Under the pieces are notes generated by a model, which was given only the letters and a program-made list of their open reading frames with translations, ran no database searches and was not told the DNA's origin. A program made the position numbers and the translations under genes. This document shows positions 18,716-27,721 of a DNA stretch of 64,000 bases, piece after piece. The DNA is taken from contig JASFHL010000004.1 in assembly GCA_050123235.1 (NCBI GenBank), forward strand, positions 40,558 through 104,557, read 5' to 3'. The stretch is from Candidatus Woesebacteria bacterium. Lineage in GTDB: Bacteria > Patescibacteriota > Microgenomatia > UBA1400 > PJMF01. Each line of letters starts with the position of its first letter. Position 1 is the first letter of the stretch.

Positions 18716-19051
18716 ATGACGCTAATCAAAAAACTACTCTTCTTGGTACTGATTCTAACCATCGCTGGTGCTGGAGTTTACTGGGCAGCTAATCAAGGTT
18801 ATCTTAAAGATACTCCTTTGGCTAATATCAGTGGCCAAGATCTGACAGAGTTTGCCCAAGACACATCAGAACAAACTAAAATTTTAGGTTCTAGAGCTAG
18901 TGAAACTGGCCAACACATTCAAACTGTATTGGGGGAAAGCATCCAGGCTAGTGATGAAAATCAGGCAATTCATGAAAAAGCTTTTGAATATGGACGTTAT
19001 TTATATTGCAAAGCAGTAGTAGAGGAATATGAGCAGGAGAATAAAAAATAA
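18716..19051 (+). CDS. Small membrane-anchored hypothetical protein
   Basis: N-terminal hydrophobic segment; C-terminal GRYLYCKAVVEEYE. Confidence 0.7.
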   Translation: MTLIKKLLFLVLILTIAGAGVYWAANQGYLKDTPLANISGQDLTEFAQDTSEQTKILGSRASETGQHIQTVLGESIQASDENQAIHEKAFEYGRYLYCKAVVEEYEQENKK

Positions 19052-19086
19052 TATAGTTAGTAAAATAAAAATCTTGGGGTAAATAG

Positions 19087-19248
19087 TAAAACATTACTAT
19101 ACTAAATATAAGAGCGTTAAAGCGAGGTCTGGCTAAGTTCAAATCAGCAATAAATATACTACCGAGCTTTACCGAGTGAGCTTCGTAGATTAAAAAAAGA
19201 AGTAATGTAGCGGCGAACGACTCTTATATTTAGTATAGTAATGTTTTA
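19087..19248 (+). ncRNA. Dispersed structured element, full copy C
   Basis: Perfect 28-bp arms TAAAACATTACTATACTAAATATAAGAG (19087-19114) / 19221-19248. Core CGTTAAAGCGAGGTCTGGCTAA..CTACCGAGCTTTACCGAGTGAGC..GCGAACGA. Confidence 0.72.
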
Positions 19249-19296
19249 GGCAAATGACCCCAGTTTTTTATCTCATCACTAACTCTACTATTTTTA

Positions 19297-20034
19297 TCAA
19301 CCTCCAAACCTTCTCTGCCTTTTAGCAAACTCTGCCAAAGCCTTATCTAACTCATCCTTATCAAAATCTGGCATTAGAACTTCAGTGAAATAATACTCAG
19401 CATAAATACCAGACCAAGTTAAAAATCCAGACATTCTTTGCTCACCACCAGTGCGGATAATTAAATCAGGATCTGGCAAATCAGCAGTATCTAAATACTT
19501 GGCAAATAATTTTTCTGTAATTAAACGTTTTTTTTTGGAATAAGCAACCTGACTAGGTTTTAATTTAAGTTTTCCAGATTGCAGATCTTGCAATAAAGCA
19601 GCCACAGCTCTCACAATCTCATCTCTACCACCATAATTGAGAGCAAAGGTGACAGTGATCTTATTATTGTCTTTTGTTTTCTCTATCCAGTCTTTTGTTT
19701 GTCTTTGAATGTCCTCATCGAAACGACTTAAATCACCGATTGTCTTAATCCTCACTCCTTTTTCATGCAATTTTTGAGAACTTTTACTAAACGAGTCACG
19801 AAATAATTGCATCAAATAATTGATTTCTTTCTGATCGCGCTTCCAATTCTCTGTACTAAAAGCCCAAAAAGTTATATAAGGAATCTGATATTCAATGCAA
19901 GCTTCAACTAAGCTTTCAATTTTTTCATTGGCTACTAATTGATGGCCTTTAAAAATTGCCAATCCTTTCTTTCTCGCCCAACGGCGGTTGCCATCCATAA
20001 TAATGGCCAGGTGTTTAAGAGGGTTTTTTTTCAT
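19297..20034 (-). CDS. uppS: Undecaprenyl/polyprenyl diphosphate synthase
   Basis: HLAIIMDGNRRWA, AFSTENWKR, NYGGRDEI, PDLIIRTGGEQRMSGFL.W, RRFGG. Confidence 0.96.
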   Translation of the reverse strand: MKKNPLKHLAIIMDGNRRWARKKGLAIFKGHQLVANEKIESLVEACIEYQIPYITFWAFSTENWKRDQKEINYLMQLFRDSFSKSSQKLHEKGVRIKTIGDLSRFDEDIQRQTKDWIEKTKDNNKITVTFALNYGGRDEIVRAVAALLQDLQSGKLKLKPSQVAYSKKKRLITEKLFAKYLDTADLPDPDLIIRTGGEQRMSGFLTWSGIYAEYYFTEVLMPDFDKDELDKALAEFAKRQRRFGG

Positions 20035-20117
20035 AAGGAAATTTTAACACAGATCAAGTATTTTTCTGAGATGGATGTAAAATTCAACGGATTGAATCTT
20101 TAAACTTATCCAAGACT

Positions 20118-22451
20118 CTACAGTTTCGCCCTAATTTTCATCTCAGCCTCAACCACTTCTCTGTCCTTACCATATTTAAGTCTAGACAGCTGTTTGATCA
20201 TTTCAGCCATCTTTGGATTCATTCTGGCTTTGACAGCATCCATATCTTTTTCCAAAGACATACTAAAAGCTGTCACTGGCTCATTTTTAACAATTGTTTT
20301 CACGTAAACATGATATTTTTCAATATTGATTAAATCACTTTCATTAAAAGTTGGAGAAAATTCATGTTGCAAAAAGTTGGCATCAGACACACCTACTCTA
20401 AATGAAATCATAGTACCGACGTTACCAAAAACAGCATTTTTTACTTCCTCATCAATCTGACTAATAAACTGGTTAGCGACTGTTAAGTTGAGACGATACT
20501 TTCGCGCCTCAGACAAAATTACAGCAAAATCTTCAGTGGCATAGTTTTGGAACTCGTCAACATATAAAAAGAAATCTTTACGCTGATCCATAGGAATATC
20601 TTGACGACTCATGGCAGCAGTAAGTACTTTTGGCACTAAAATTAAACCTAAAAATTTAGCATCTTCCTCACCTAGCGTACCCTTAGAGAGATTGACTAAA
20701 ATAATTTTTTCTTCATCCATGGCTTTTCTAAAATTAAAAGAGCTCTGCGTTTGACCAATAATATTACGCATGGTTTTATTGGTCACAAAACGGCCAAATT
20801 TAGACACAATATAATCCAAAACTTCTGATTTGTGAAAATCACTAGTTTGTGCCATCTGGTCTGTCCAATATCTTTTCACCACCGGGTCTTTAACAAAAGG
20901 CAACATTTCTTCCACAAATTTCTGGTCTGTCAAAACTCTTACCATTTCGATAAAAGTGGAATTCTGTTTACTCATAATGGTTAACATCGCATTACGAATA
21001 GCGTGTTCAAAACGAGGGCCAATAATACCAGTGCGATGTGGATCGTAAAGCTTGTACATCAATCCAATTACTGAGCTAACCACAAAATGTTTTTGCTCTT
21101 CAGTATCAGCTTCCATAATGTTTAAACCCATTGGGCGCTCTAAATCAGAAGGATTAAAGTAAATTACATCTTCCGCTCTTTCTGGAGGCATCAGTTGCAA
21201 AATATCTTCCACAAACTCACCATGAGGATCAATTGCACAAACACCATGGCCAGCTTCAATATCCTGAAGAATCATTTCTTTAAGAAATTCTGACTTACCT
21301 GTACCAGTTTTACCAATGATATAAGTATGCCTTCTTCTATCATCTAGACCCATATACACTTCTCTGACTTCACCACGATACATTGATCTACCCATATAAA
21401 GACCTTCATTGGGAATTTTATTGGGAGCTGGGGCGTTTTTGGCAGTCAGCCATTTGATATGATGTGTTTCAACAGTTTTATTGGGGAAGTGAAGAATAGT
21501 AGCCAATTCTTCTGTATTTAAAATAGCTGTGCCTCGATTGAAAAGAGGCATATAGCGATAAATAAAATCAATCATAAAAAGGTGTTTGATGAAAACTCTA
21601 GCCTCGGTAAAACTATTGTAAGCTGATTTAAACTGAGCAAAAGCACCTTTAATATTACTCAAATGAGAATCAGCTACTACTTCACTGGGCGAAGAAACAA
21701 CCATTCTGATTGATACTCTAAAGCCTGGTTTTTCTGCCTTGGTATTGATTGCCTCTATCTCTTTAGGGTCATGACTGTAAGTAGCTTTATCAGGGTCAGC
21801 TTCACGCTTTTTTTGTTTTTGTACGTGAGAACGACTTTTTTTCTGCCATTTGTTGCTAACCGGCTGAATTAAGATCTGCAAAATGCCACCTTCACCTTCA
21901 CCCATTTTGGAAAAAGCACTAGTAATAAGGGATAGACCATCAGTTGGCAGATCTTTGTAAGTTTTAATAGGATTGAAATGCTTATCATCCAATTTTAAAG
22001 CTGCTAACGATACTTTACCCTTTTCATTAAAAATATTAATTTCATCAACTTCTTTTATATTTGCCTGAGGATAAGCACCATGGATTTGCTTTTCTACTAA
22101 ATCTTGAATTTTACGCGCGCAACTAAGATAAAAGGCAATCTCTTCTTTAAGACCCACTATTTCAAAACTGATAATGTCATCTGTTTTGAGAAAGCTAGTC
22201 ACTCCAGTTTGTTTTAAAGACGAAAGGCCGGCAAACATTTGCTCAGCGGCATCAACCTTTATTTCATTGTCTTTGGGTACTCTCACTAAAAGAGTGACAA
22301 AGCTTAAAGCATAGTCTTCTCGTTTGCGATGTTTCAGCCACTGGATAAACATATAAGCAAAAACACCTAAGATAAGCCATGTGAGCACAATGGCTATTAA
22401 TAAAACAATTACAGCAATAAACTGGTTGATTAATAAATCAATTTTTCCCAT
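20118..22451 (-). CDS. VirD4/TraG-like type IV secretion coupling ATPase (HerA-FtsK superfamily)
   Basis: N-terminal TM, RRHTYIIGKTGTGKS (Walker A), IDPHG, LYVDEFQ (Walker B), LSEARKYRL.L.VANQ, FGNVGT. Confidence 0.85.
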   Translation of the reverse strand: MGKIDLLINQFIAVIVLLIAIVLTWLILGVFAYMFIQWLKHRKREDYALSFVTLLVRVPKDNEIKVDAAEQMFAGLSSLKQTGVTSFLKTDDIISFEIVGLKEEIAFYLSCARKIQDLVEKQIHGAYPQANIKEVDEINIFNEKGKVSLAALKLDDKHFNPIKTYKDLPTDGLSLITSAFSKMGEGEGGILQILIQPVSNKWQKKSRSHVQKQKKREADPDKATYSHDPKEIEAINTKAEKPGFRVSIRMVVSSPSEVVADSHLSNIKGAFAQFKSAYNSFTEARVFIKHLFMIDFIYRYMPLFNRGTAILNTEELATILHFPNKTVETHHIKWLTAKNAPAPNKIPNEGLYMGRSMYRGEVREVYMGLDDRRRHTYIIGKTGTGKSEFLKEMILQDIEAGHGVCAIDPHGEFVEDILQLMPPERAEDVIYFNPSDLERPMGLNIMEADTEEQKHFVVSSVIGLMYKLYDPHRTGIIGPRFEHAIRNAMLTIMSKQNSTFIEMVRVLTDQKFVEEMLPFVKDPVVKRYWTDQMAQTSDFHKSEVLDYIVSKFGRFVTNKTMRNIIGQTQSSFNFRKAMDEEKIILVNLSKGTLGEEDAKFLGLILVPKVLTAAMSRQDIPMDQRKDFFLYVDEFQNYATEDFAVILSEARKYRLNLTVANQFISQIDEEVKNAVFGNVGTMISFRVGVSDANFLQHEFSPTFNESDLINIEKYHVYVKTIVKNEPVTAFSMSLEKDMDAVKARMNPKMAEMIKQLSRLKYGKDREVVEAEMKIRAKL

Positions 22452-22452
22452 A

Positions 22453-23562
22453 TTAAGCTTTTTCTTCAGCTGTGCGGTAGATTACCATACCTTTAAACAT
22501 TTTCATAATTTTTCTGCTAAATTCCACTAACCAACGCACACTAAATTTTGGACCTTTCCATTTACCCTTTTTTTCAGTTTTAGTAGTAATTGGAATGACA
22601 ATCACCGGCTTAGATGGCATTTGTGCTGGAGCAGGTAACTCTTCAGTGCCATCAGCCAAAACGACTTCCTGTGGTGGTAAAGTCGATTCATCTTTCACTT
22701 CTTGTAAAAAAGCTTCAACTTCAGGAGTAATCTCTGGGCTAGGAACTGGAGGCTCAACTTCAACTTGGCCCAGACCCGTCCCGGCATCAACTAGAGCCTG
22801 ATCTGGGCTAACAGCAGCATCAACTTTTTCTTTAACGCTACGTCCTGCATAGGCAGTGGCCAGTTGATCGTCTGCCTGATCAGCAGCTTGAGTAACTGCT
22901 GTGGGCACGGCTTGAGCGATGGCAGCAGGAATTGGGCTAGTGCTTGTTGGAGTAGTACTAGGACTGACGGCTGCCTGCGGCTGACCAGGCCTTGCCTGGG
23001 CTTGTGCTAATGGAGGGACTTTAGCAGTGTTGACTGGCGGGGTTGTAGTTGCTGCGACTTTGCTGCCTGGAGCTTGTGCTGCTGCCAAACCAGTAGTTAT
23101 TGTAACTGGGGCAGGAGTTTTAAGTTTCGCTGTCAGTTTTTTATCTGCAGCAATTTTCTGTTTTTTCTTTTGTTTCACAGTGCTGAGTAATGACTCTAGG
23201 GCATCCAGAGGAGATTGAGCTGGTTTTTGCGTAGTGCTTTGCCGAACTTTTGTTAGTGCTTGACTAGGCGAAGTAGTGATATTTGCTTTTGGACTTGCAG
23301 TTTGGATTTTATCAGCCCGCTGACTTGCTACATCATCTAGAACTTCCTCTAGAATATCTAATTTTCTGGCTGTAGAAATCTGTAGCTTAGTAGTTTGTGT
23401 ATCTTGAGTAGTTTGCTTTAGCTGAGTGGCTTGAGCAGCTGGAACTTGAGGTGAAATCGTTGCTTGCTGGTCATTAGAAGCTAAGCGAGAAGAAGAAGCT
23501 TGCCCAATATTTTGAGAAGACTGATTGTTCAGCGTTGGTTGAAATAATGATTGGTCTGTCAC
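22453..23562 (-). CDS. Low-complexity Ala/Gln/Thr/Pro-rich hypothetical protein
   Basis: 369-aa ORF ending 1 nt before the ATPase start; ordered-looking C-terminus SVRWLVEFSRKIMK. Confidence 0.7.
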   Translation of the reverse strand: MTDQSLFQPTLNNQSSQNIGQASSSRLASNDQQATISPQVPAAQATQLKQTTQDTQTTKLQISTARKLDILEEVLDDVASQRADKIQTASPKANITTSPSQALTKVRQSTTQKPAQSPLDALESLLSTVKQKKKQKIAADKKLTAKLKTPAPVTITTGLAAAQAPGSKVAATTTPPVNTAKVPPLAQAQARPGQPQAAVSPSTTPTSTSPIPAAIAQAVPTAVTQAADQADDQLATAYAGRSVKEKVDAAVSPDQALVDAGTGLGQVEVEPPVPSPEITPEVEAFLQEVKDESTLPPQEVVLADGTEELPAPAQMPSKPVIVIPITTKTEKKGKWKGPKFSVRWLVEFSRKIMKMFKGMVIYRTAEEKA

Positions 23563-23743
23563 TTATCCATGATAACATTTTAGAGGAGTGGCAGACAACG
23601 AGTTTGGAAATTGTTCCTGCATCTAGATGACTGTTTGTCTGCTCTGATACCATAGTTTGCTCCCTTTCAAATTTGTTAAAAATATTAATCTTTAGTATTT
23701 ATTATATATTATACTCAATTTTATAAAAAAATTAGCAAAATCA

Positions 23744-24025
23744 TTAATGTTGCTCATTAGGCCACTTGCCCCAGTGCTTAAGATCTGCTAGAAAAAAAAT
23801 AACATTACTAACACTAGGTTCATGAAATAACGTTCCAGTTACAATAGATTTATCAACCAATGTTTTAACTCCCTCTAAAACTACAACAGCTTCTCCAGTA
23901 AAATAAGCTGTTTTCAGTCTTCCATTTTTATGTGTACATAATTCACAAAAATGTAGTTCATCCTCATACCTTTTTACCAGAGCCACACTAATTCCATTTA
24001 ATAAAAATTTTTCTCGTTCTGGCAT
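23744..24025 (-). CDS. Hypothetical protein
   Basis: 93-aa ORF, co-directional with its neighbours and filling the gap between them. Confidence 0.5.
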   Translation of the reverse strand: MPEREKFLLNGISVALVKRYEDELHFCELCTHKNGRLKTAYFTGEAVVVLEGVKTLVDKSIVTGTLFHEPSVSNVIFFLADLKHWGKWPNEQH

Positions 24026-24040
24026 AAATTTTACTAACTT

Positions 24041-24574
24041 TTAGCTCTCTTCCAGCCCTAAACTAGCAGCCTTACCAGCCTCAAGTTCTAAAACTATGTT
24101 CACAGGTACTTTAGGATTGTAGATAGATAAATCTGATAATTGCATATCTTTAGTTGGAGCTGGGACATTTGCTGTGATATCTACTATTTTATCATCATCC
24201 ATCCAGACTAAATCCAGATCAAATCTCATTTCTTTCATCCAAAATTTAACAATCTCTTTCTCAGGAAAAACAAAAAGCATGCCATCACTGCCAATTTTAT
24301 CTCGACCACTTAAACCTTGATTGATACTCTCAGCTGTATTTACCACTTCTACAGTCAAAATATGCTCAGCAATTTTTATCTTGATTAATTGATGATCCTC
24401 TAAAGCCAAAAGTTTTTCTGCGGAAATTTCCTCTACCAAAAAATCTTCTTTATTATTAAAAAATATTTTGCCCTCTTTAAGTTCTAGAGAAATATTTGAA
24501 CCAGACCAATTTAAAAATAAAATGGAAAAAATTAAAGCTATAATTAAAATAAAAAGGAAAAATAATTTTTTCAT
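24041..24574 (-). CDS. DUF192 family protein
   Basis: VEVV.T......GLS.R......GMLFVF......FWMK.M.FDLD..W...VLEL.AG.A. Confidence 0.9.
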   Translation of the reverse strand: MKKLFFLFILIIALIFSILFLNWSGSNISLELKEGKIFFNNKEDFLVEEISAEKLLALEDHQLIKIKIAEHILTVEVVNTAESINQGLSGRDKIGSDGMLFVFPEKEIVKFWMKEMRFDLDLVWMDDDKIVDITANVPAPTKDMQLSDLSIYNPKVPVNIVLELEAGKAASLGLEES

Positions 24575-24580
24575 AAATTA

Positions 24581-24650
24581 AGTGCTAGATCAAAATCCTA
24601 GCCAGACCTCGCTTCAACGTTCTTATATTTATCTATAGTAATGTTCTAAA
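24581..24650 (-). repeat. 5' half copy of the dispersed element
   Basis: Minus strand reads TTTAGAACATTACTATAGATAAATATAAGAACGTTGAAGCGAGGTCTGGCTAGGATTTTGATCTAGCACT and then runs into the DUF192 ATG. Confidence 0.85.
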
Positions 24651-24657
24651 TAACTCT

Positions 24658-25491
24658 TCAAAGTTTAGCACGTCTCTGTCTTATTTTAACAAAATGGTGA
24701 ATAAATAGCGCAATTAACAAAAACAAAAGAAATAATTGATTAATTCCCAATCCCACTACTGGCAAAATCTCTTTTTCCACTCTCAAAAAATCCAAAAGAA
24801 AACGAATGCTGGCATAATAAAAGAAATAGAGTTGGAAATAAAGTCCGCTGCCCAGCTGCCAGGTTTGAGAAAGTTGCTGGCGTTGTTTGTTAAGTGTTTT
24901 GCTGTTTCCTTTCTTAGAAAAATTCTTCTCTAACCCCCAAATTAAAAAAGCAAAAGCTAGCATCAGAATTGCTTCATAAGCAAATAAAGGATGATAATAG
25001 GACAAGTCTTCATAATCAGCGATTCTGTTTTCAGGTTTGATATAAATCGCCCAAGGTAAATTGCTAGGCAAACCGTATAATTCTTGATTAAAATAATTTG
25101 CTAATCTACCTACGGCCTGAGCAAAAGGTAAGGCAAAAGCAAAAATATCTAAAAGTAAAATTACTGATAAACGACTCTTTTTTTTTCGCCAACTTTTACT
25201 AGCCAATCTACTCAGCAGCAACAAAGCTAAAAACCCACCTAATAGTGCCCCAATAATACTTAAGCCTCCTTGCCAAACTTTAAAAATATCCAAAAGCCGA
25301 CCTGTATACAAAGTAAAATCTGTAAAAATATGCCAAGCTCTGGCTCCAATTAAAGCAGCAATCATTAAAAAAATAAAAATTTTGAAAAAATAGTTTTCAT
25401 CAATGCCAGCAGCTTTTGCCTTTTTTTCTGATAAAAGAAAAAAAATAATTAGAGAAACGCCAATAATGATTCCATAATAATTGATAGTCAT
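24658..25491 (-). CDS. lgt: Prolipoprotein diacylglyceryl transferase
   Basis: YGII, GAR..H, WQGGLSI.G, QA.GRLANYFNQELYG.P..LPW, HPLF.YE, RF..DFLR. Confidence 0.93.
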   Translation of the reverse strand: MTINYYGIIIGVSLIIFFLLSEKKAKAAGIDENYFFKIFIFLMIAALIGARAWHIFTDFTLYTGRLLDIFKVWQGGLSIIGALLGGFLALLLLSRLASKSWRKKKSRLSVILLLDIFAFALPFAQAVGRLANYFNQELYGLPSNLPWAIYIKPENRIADYEDLSYYHPLFAYEAILMLAFAFLIWGLEKNFSKKGNSKTLNKQRQQLSQTWQLGSGLYFQLYFFYYASIRFLLDFLRVEKEILPVVGLGINQLFLLFLLIALFIHHFVKIRQRRAKL

Positions 25492-25524
25492 AGTAATGCA
25501 GAATAGTATTTTGCTTCACCTTTT

Positions 25525-25998
25525 CTAAAGCACAAATAACAATAAATTAAAAATTAAAATTAAAGCAAAGCTTATTCCGATCATGAGATTAATACCATCT
25601 TGATCTAAGTTTACTTTTACTTGCCACAAAAATCTTTGTTTAAAAAATTCGGGCCTATTTTTCAACTGCAGCATTTCCAATAAAAGACTTAGTGCTAAAC
25701 CCATGACGACACCATGACCAATTGTTTTTCCTCCCGAGGTAATAAGAAAAAAAGCTAAAACAATCAGTGTTATTAAAAAAACAACTGATCTGCTAATAAG
25801 ATGATAACGCTGATGCTCTAATTTATCTGTGAAGTCACTGGCATAATATTTATAAAGCAGATATTCATCGAGCAGTAAAAAAGCTAAACCTAAAAAAAGT
25901 CCTAAAACAAAAAAAATAAAAGCATTAAGTGGAGAGATAATAAAATAAAAAGGAATGCTATAGAGAGCGAGTAGTAAAATTTGGTTTAAAATTAACAT
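25525..25998 (-). CDS. Hypothetical membrane protein
   Basis: 157 aa with 4-5 hydrophobic segments. Confidence 0.7.
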   Translation of the reverse strand: MLILNQILLLALYSIPFYFIISPLNAFIFFVLGLFLGLAFLLLDEYLLYKYYASDFTDKLEHQRYHLISRSVVFLITLIVLAFFLITSGGKTIGHGVVMGLALSLLLEMLQLKNRPEFFKQRFLWQVKVNLDQDGINLMIGISFALILIFNLLLFVL

Positions 25999-26016
25999 AA
26001 ATAGTTACTATTAATT

Positions 26017-27312
26017 TTATTCACCCTTCATCTGTTTTAACTCCAGCACCTTTTTTAAACTCCAATTAACTTTTCTTTCAAATTCTTCATTGCTCTCATA
26101 CTCTGCCGCTAGATCATCAATCACTTGATAAATATCATCCGCCTTTACTCCTTTACCAAAGACAAGTACATCATTGCCAGCAAGCATGGCTTCCTTTGCC
26201 ACTTGAGTTAGACTTTTAAGTTCTGCATTAGAACTCTCAGCATTACGGTCAATCCTAGCTGCCAACATATCCAAGGCGTCAGTAAAAATCAACACTTCTG
26301 GCAAAGACGAAGGAAAGGCAGCTAAACAGGTCTTGCTTAAACTACAAACTTGATTATCTAATTTATCCTTTAGCGCTACATGAGCAGTCATCACTCCGAC
26401 ATTAGGATATTTTTCCAAAATTTTTTGAAAAATTTGCGAATCAGCAGGTTCCAAACTAATAACATGAGAAAGATGATGAGGATCCTTAGTAATCTTACCA
26501 ATTCCTGGAAAATGTTTCACTACTGGCAAAATACCTGCTTGCGCAAAAGCTAAAATATATTGTTCAGCTCTTTTGGCTGTTATTTCCGCATCAGCACAAA
26601 CTCTATTTTTTAAGACATTATTATTTTTACCAAAATCCAAAACTGGAGCAAAAACCACATTGATACCCGCTGTTGAAAGCTCAACAGCTGATTTTTTGAA
26701 AAGTTCATTAACTGCTTCATCTTCCTGCTGGCAAACAGCTTGCCAACTAGGCAAAACAGTAAAATCCTCACCTGTTAAACGCTGAACAGCACCACCTTCG
26801 TGATCAACTGCAAAAAGAGGGAATAAAGCCTCTGCTTGATATTGATCCAAAATCACTGAAATTTCTTTTTGGGCTAAAGCAAAATTTATTTCTTGGCCAA
26901 AAATAAGGATGAAGCCAGGATTATTATTTTTAATCCAATCAATAGTAGTTGTGCCAGGAAGATTAGCTGCCTTATCAGAATATTCTTGAATAAGCACTCC
27001 AACGCCCGTGCTATCTTTAGCTTGCTCACTCTCTTCAGTTTTGCTCTCAGCTTCAGCTGAACTTTCAATTTCAGAATCTGATAGAGTCAAAGGAAAGGCG
27101 ATTAATTGACTAATTTTTTCTTTGACGCTCATCTCACCCAGAACTACAGCTACAGGATCTGGCGTAGCAGTAACTGCTGCCGGACTCGCTTCCTGTGCTG
27201 AATCCATTCTACTCAAAAATATATTATGAAAAGGTTTATAAAAATAATTTAAAGCTAGTAAAACAGTGACTACTAATAATAAGAATACAAAAAAAAACGT
27301 TGATTTTTTCAT
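26017..27312 (-). CDS. Glycoside hydrolase family 3 (beta-N-acetylhexosaminidase, NagZ-like), membrane anchored
   Basis: AVDHEGG.VQRL, FAPVLD, KHFPG.G....D.H, VMTAH, TDALDM, AGND. Confidence 0.88.
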   Translation of the reverse strand: MKKSTFFFVFLLLVVTVLLALNYFYKPFHNIFLSRMDSAQEASPAAVTATPDPVAVVLGEMSVKEKISQLIAFPLTLSDSEIESSAEAESKTEESEQAKDSTGVGVLIQEYSDKAANLPGTTTIDWIKNNNPGFILIFGQEINFALAQKEISVILDQYQAEALFPLFAVDHEGGAVQRLTGEDFTVLPSWQAVCQQEDEAVNELFKKSAVELSTAGINVVFAPVLDFGKNNNVLKNRVCADAEITAKRAEQYILAFAQAGILPVVKHFPGIGKITKDPHHLSHVISLEPADSQIFQKILEKYPNVGVMTAHVALKDKLDNQVCSLSKTCLAAFPSSLPEVLIFTDALDMLAARIDRNAESSNAELKSLTQVAKEAMLAGNDVLVFGKGVKADDIYQVIDDLAAEYESNEEFERKVNWSLKKVLELKQMKGE

Positions 27313-27368
27313 TTTAGTTTTATAAAAATTGATTCTTTTGTTAAAAAAACTTTGGATCCAAAATTAGT

Positions 27369-27674
27369 TTAGTTTGCAGCTGCAGCTTTCCTCTTTTCTT
27401 CTCTAAGCTGCTTGACCTTCCACATAAACAATTTAGCTTTACTTTTAGCATTAGAATCTTTGACAAAAGATAAAGCTTGCTCCAAAATTGCCCGATCAAT
27501 CTCCTTTGCCATTTTAATATATAAACTCTTATGTTTCATATCATCTAATTCAAGAGCTAAACGATAGCCGAAATCCTGAAATTCTTGGGTGATATAGCCA
27601 CCTTTATCCTGAACTTGATAATTGGTGAATAAAGATTTGGCAGAAGTGAAGCCTTTGTTTTTTACTTTTGTCAT
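27369..27674 (-). CDS. Hypothetical protein
   Basis: 101-aa ORF in the operon (EFQDFGYRLA.ELDD.KHKSLYIKMAK...LFMWK). Confidence 0.75.
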   Translation of the reverse strand: MTKVKNKGFTSAKSLFTNYQVQDKGGYITQEFQDFGYRLALELDDMKHKSLYIKMAKEIDRAILEQALSFVKDSNAKSKAKLFMWKVKQLREEKRKAAAAN

Positions 27675-27721
27675 TTAAAACAATTATTGTTGATGCTAGC
27701 ACAATATCCTAATTAACGTTA

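Noticed and set aside
18948-19142. 64-aa minus-strand ORF overlapping element copy C
   Set aside because: Not preserved in the other copies and overlaps a real gene antisense.
19115-19220. HDV-like or hammerhead ribozyme, c-di-GMP-I riboswitch, or group I intron remnant
   Set aside because: GCGAA before a stem resembles HDV J4/2, CUACCGA/GCUAA resembles c-di-GMP-I, and AACGACU resembles the group I R element. I could not build the HDV nested pseudoknot, the CUGANGA/GAAA core, the GNRA/receptor pair or an S element.
23477-23670. GCAGACAA/TTGTCTGC hairpin and a possible 58-aa minus-strand upstream ORF with GGGAG
   Set aside because: Single occurrence, only an 8-bp stem, and the ORF overlaps the next gene out of frame; support is insufficient.
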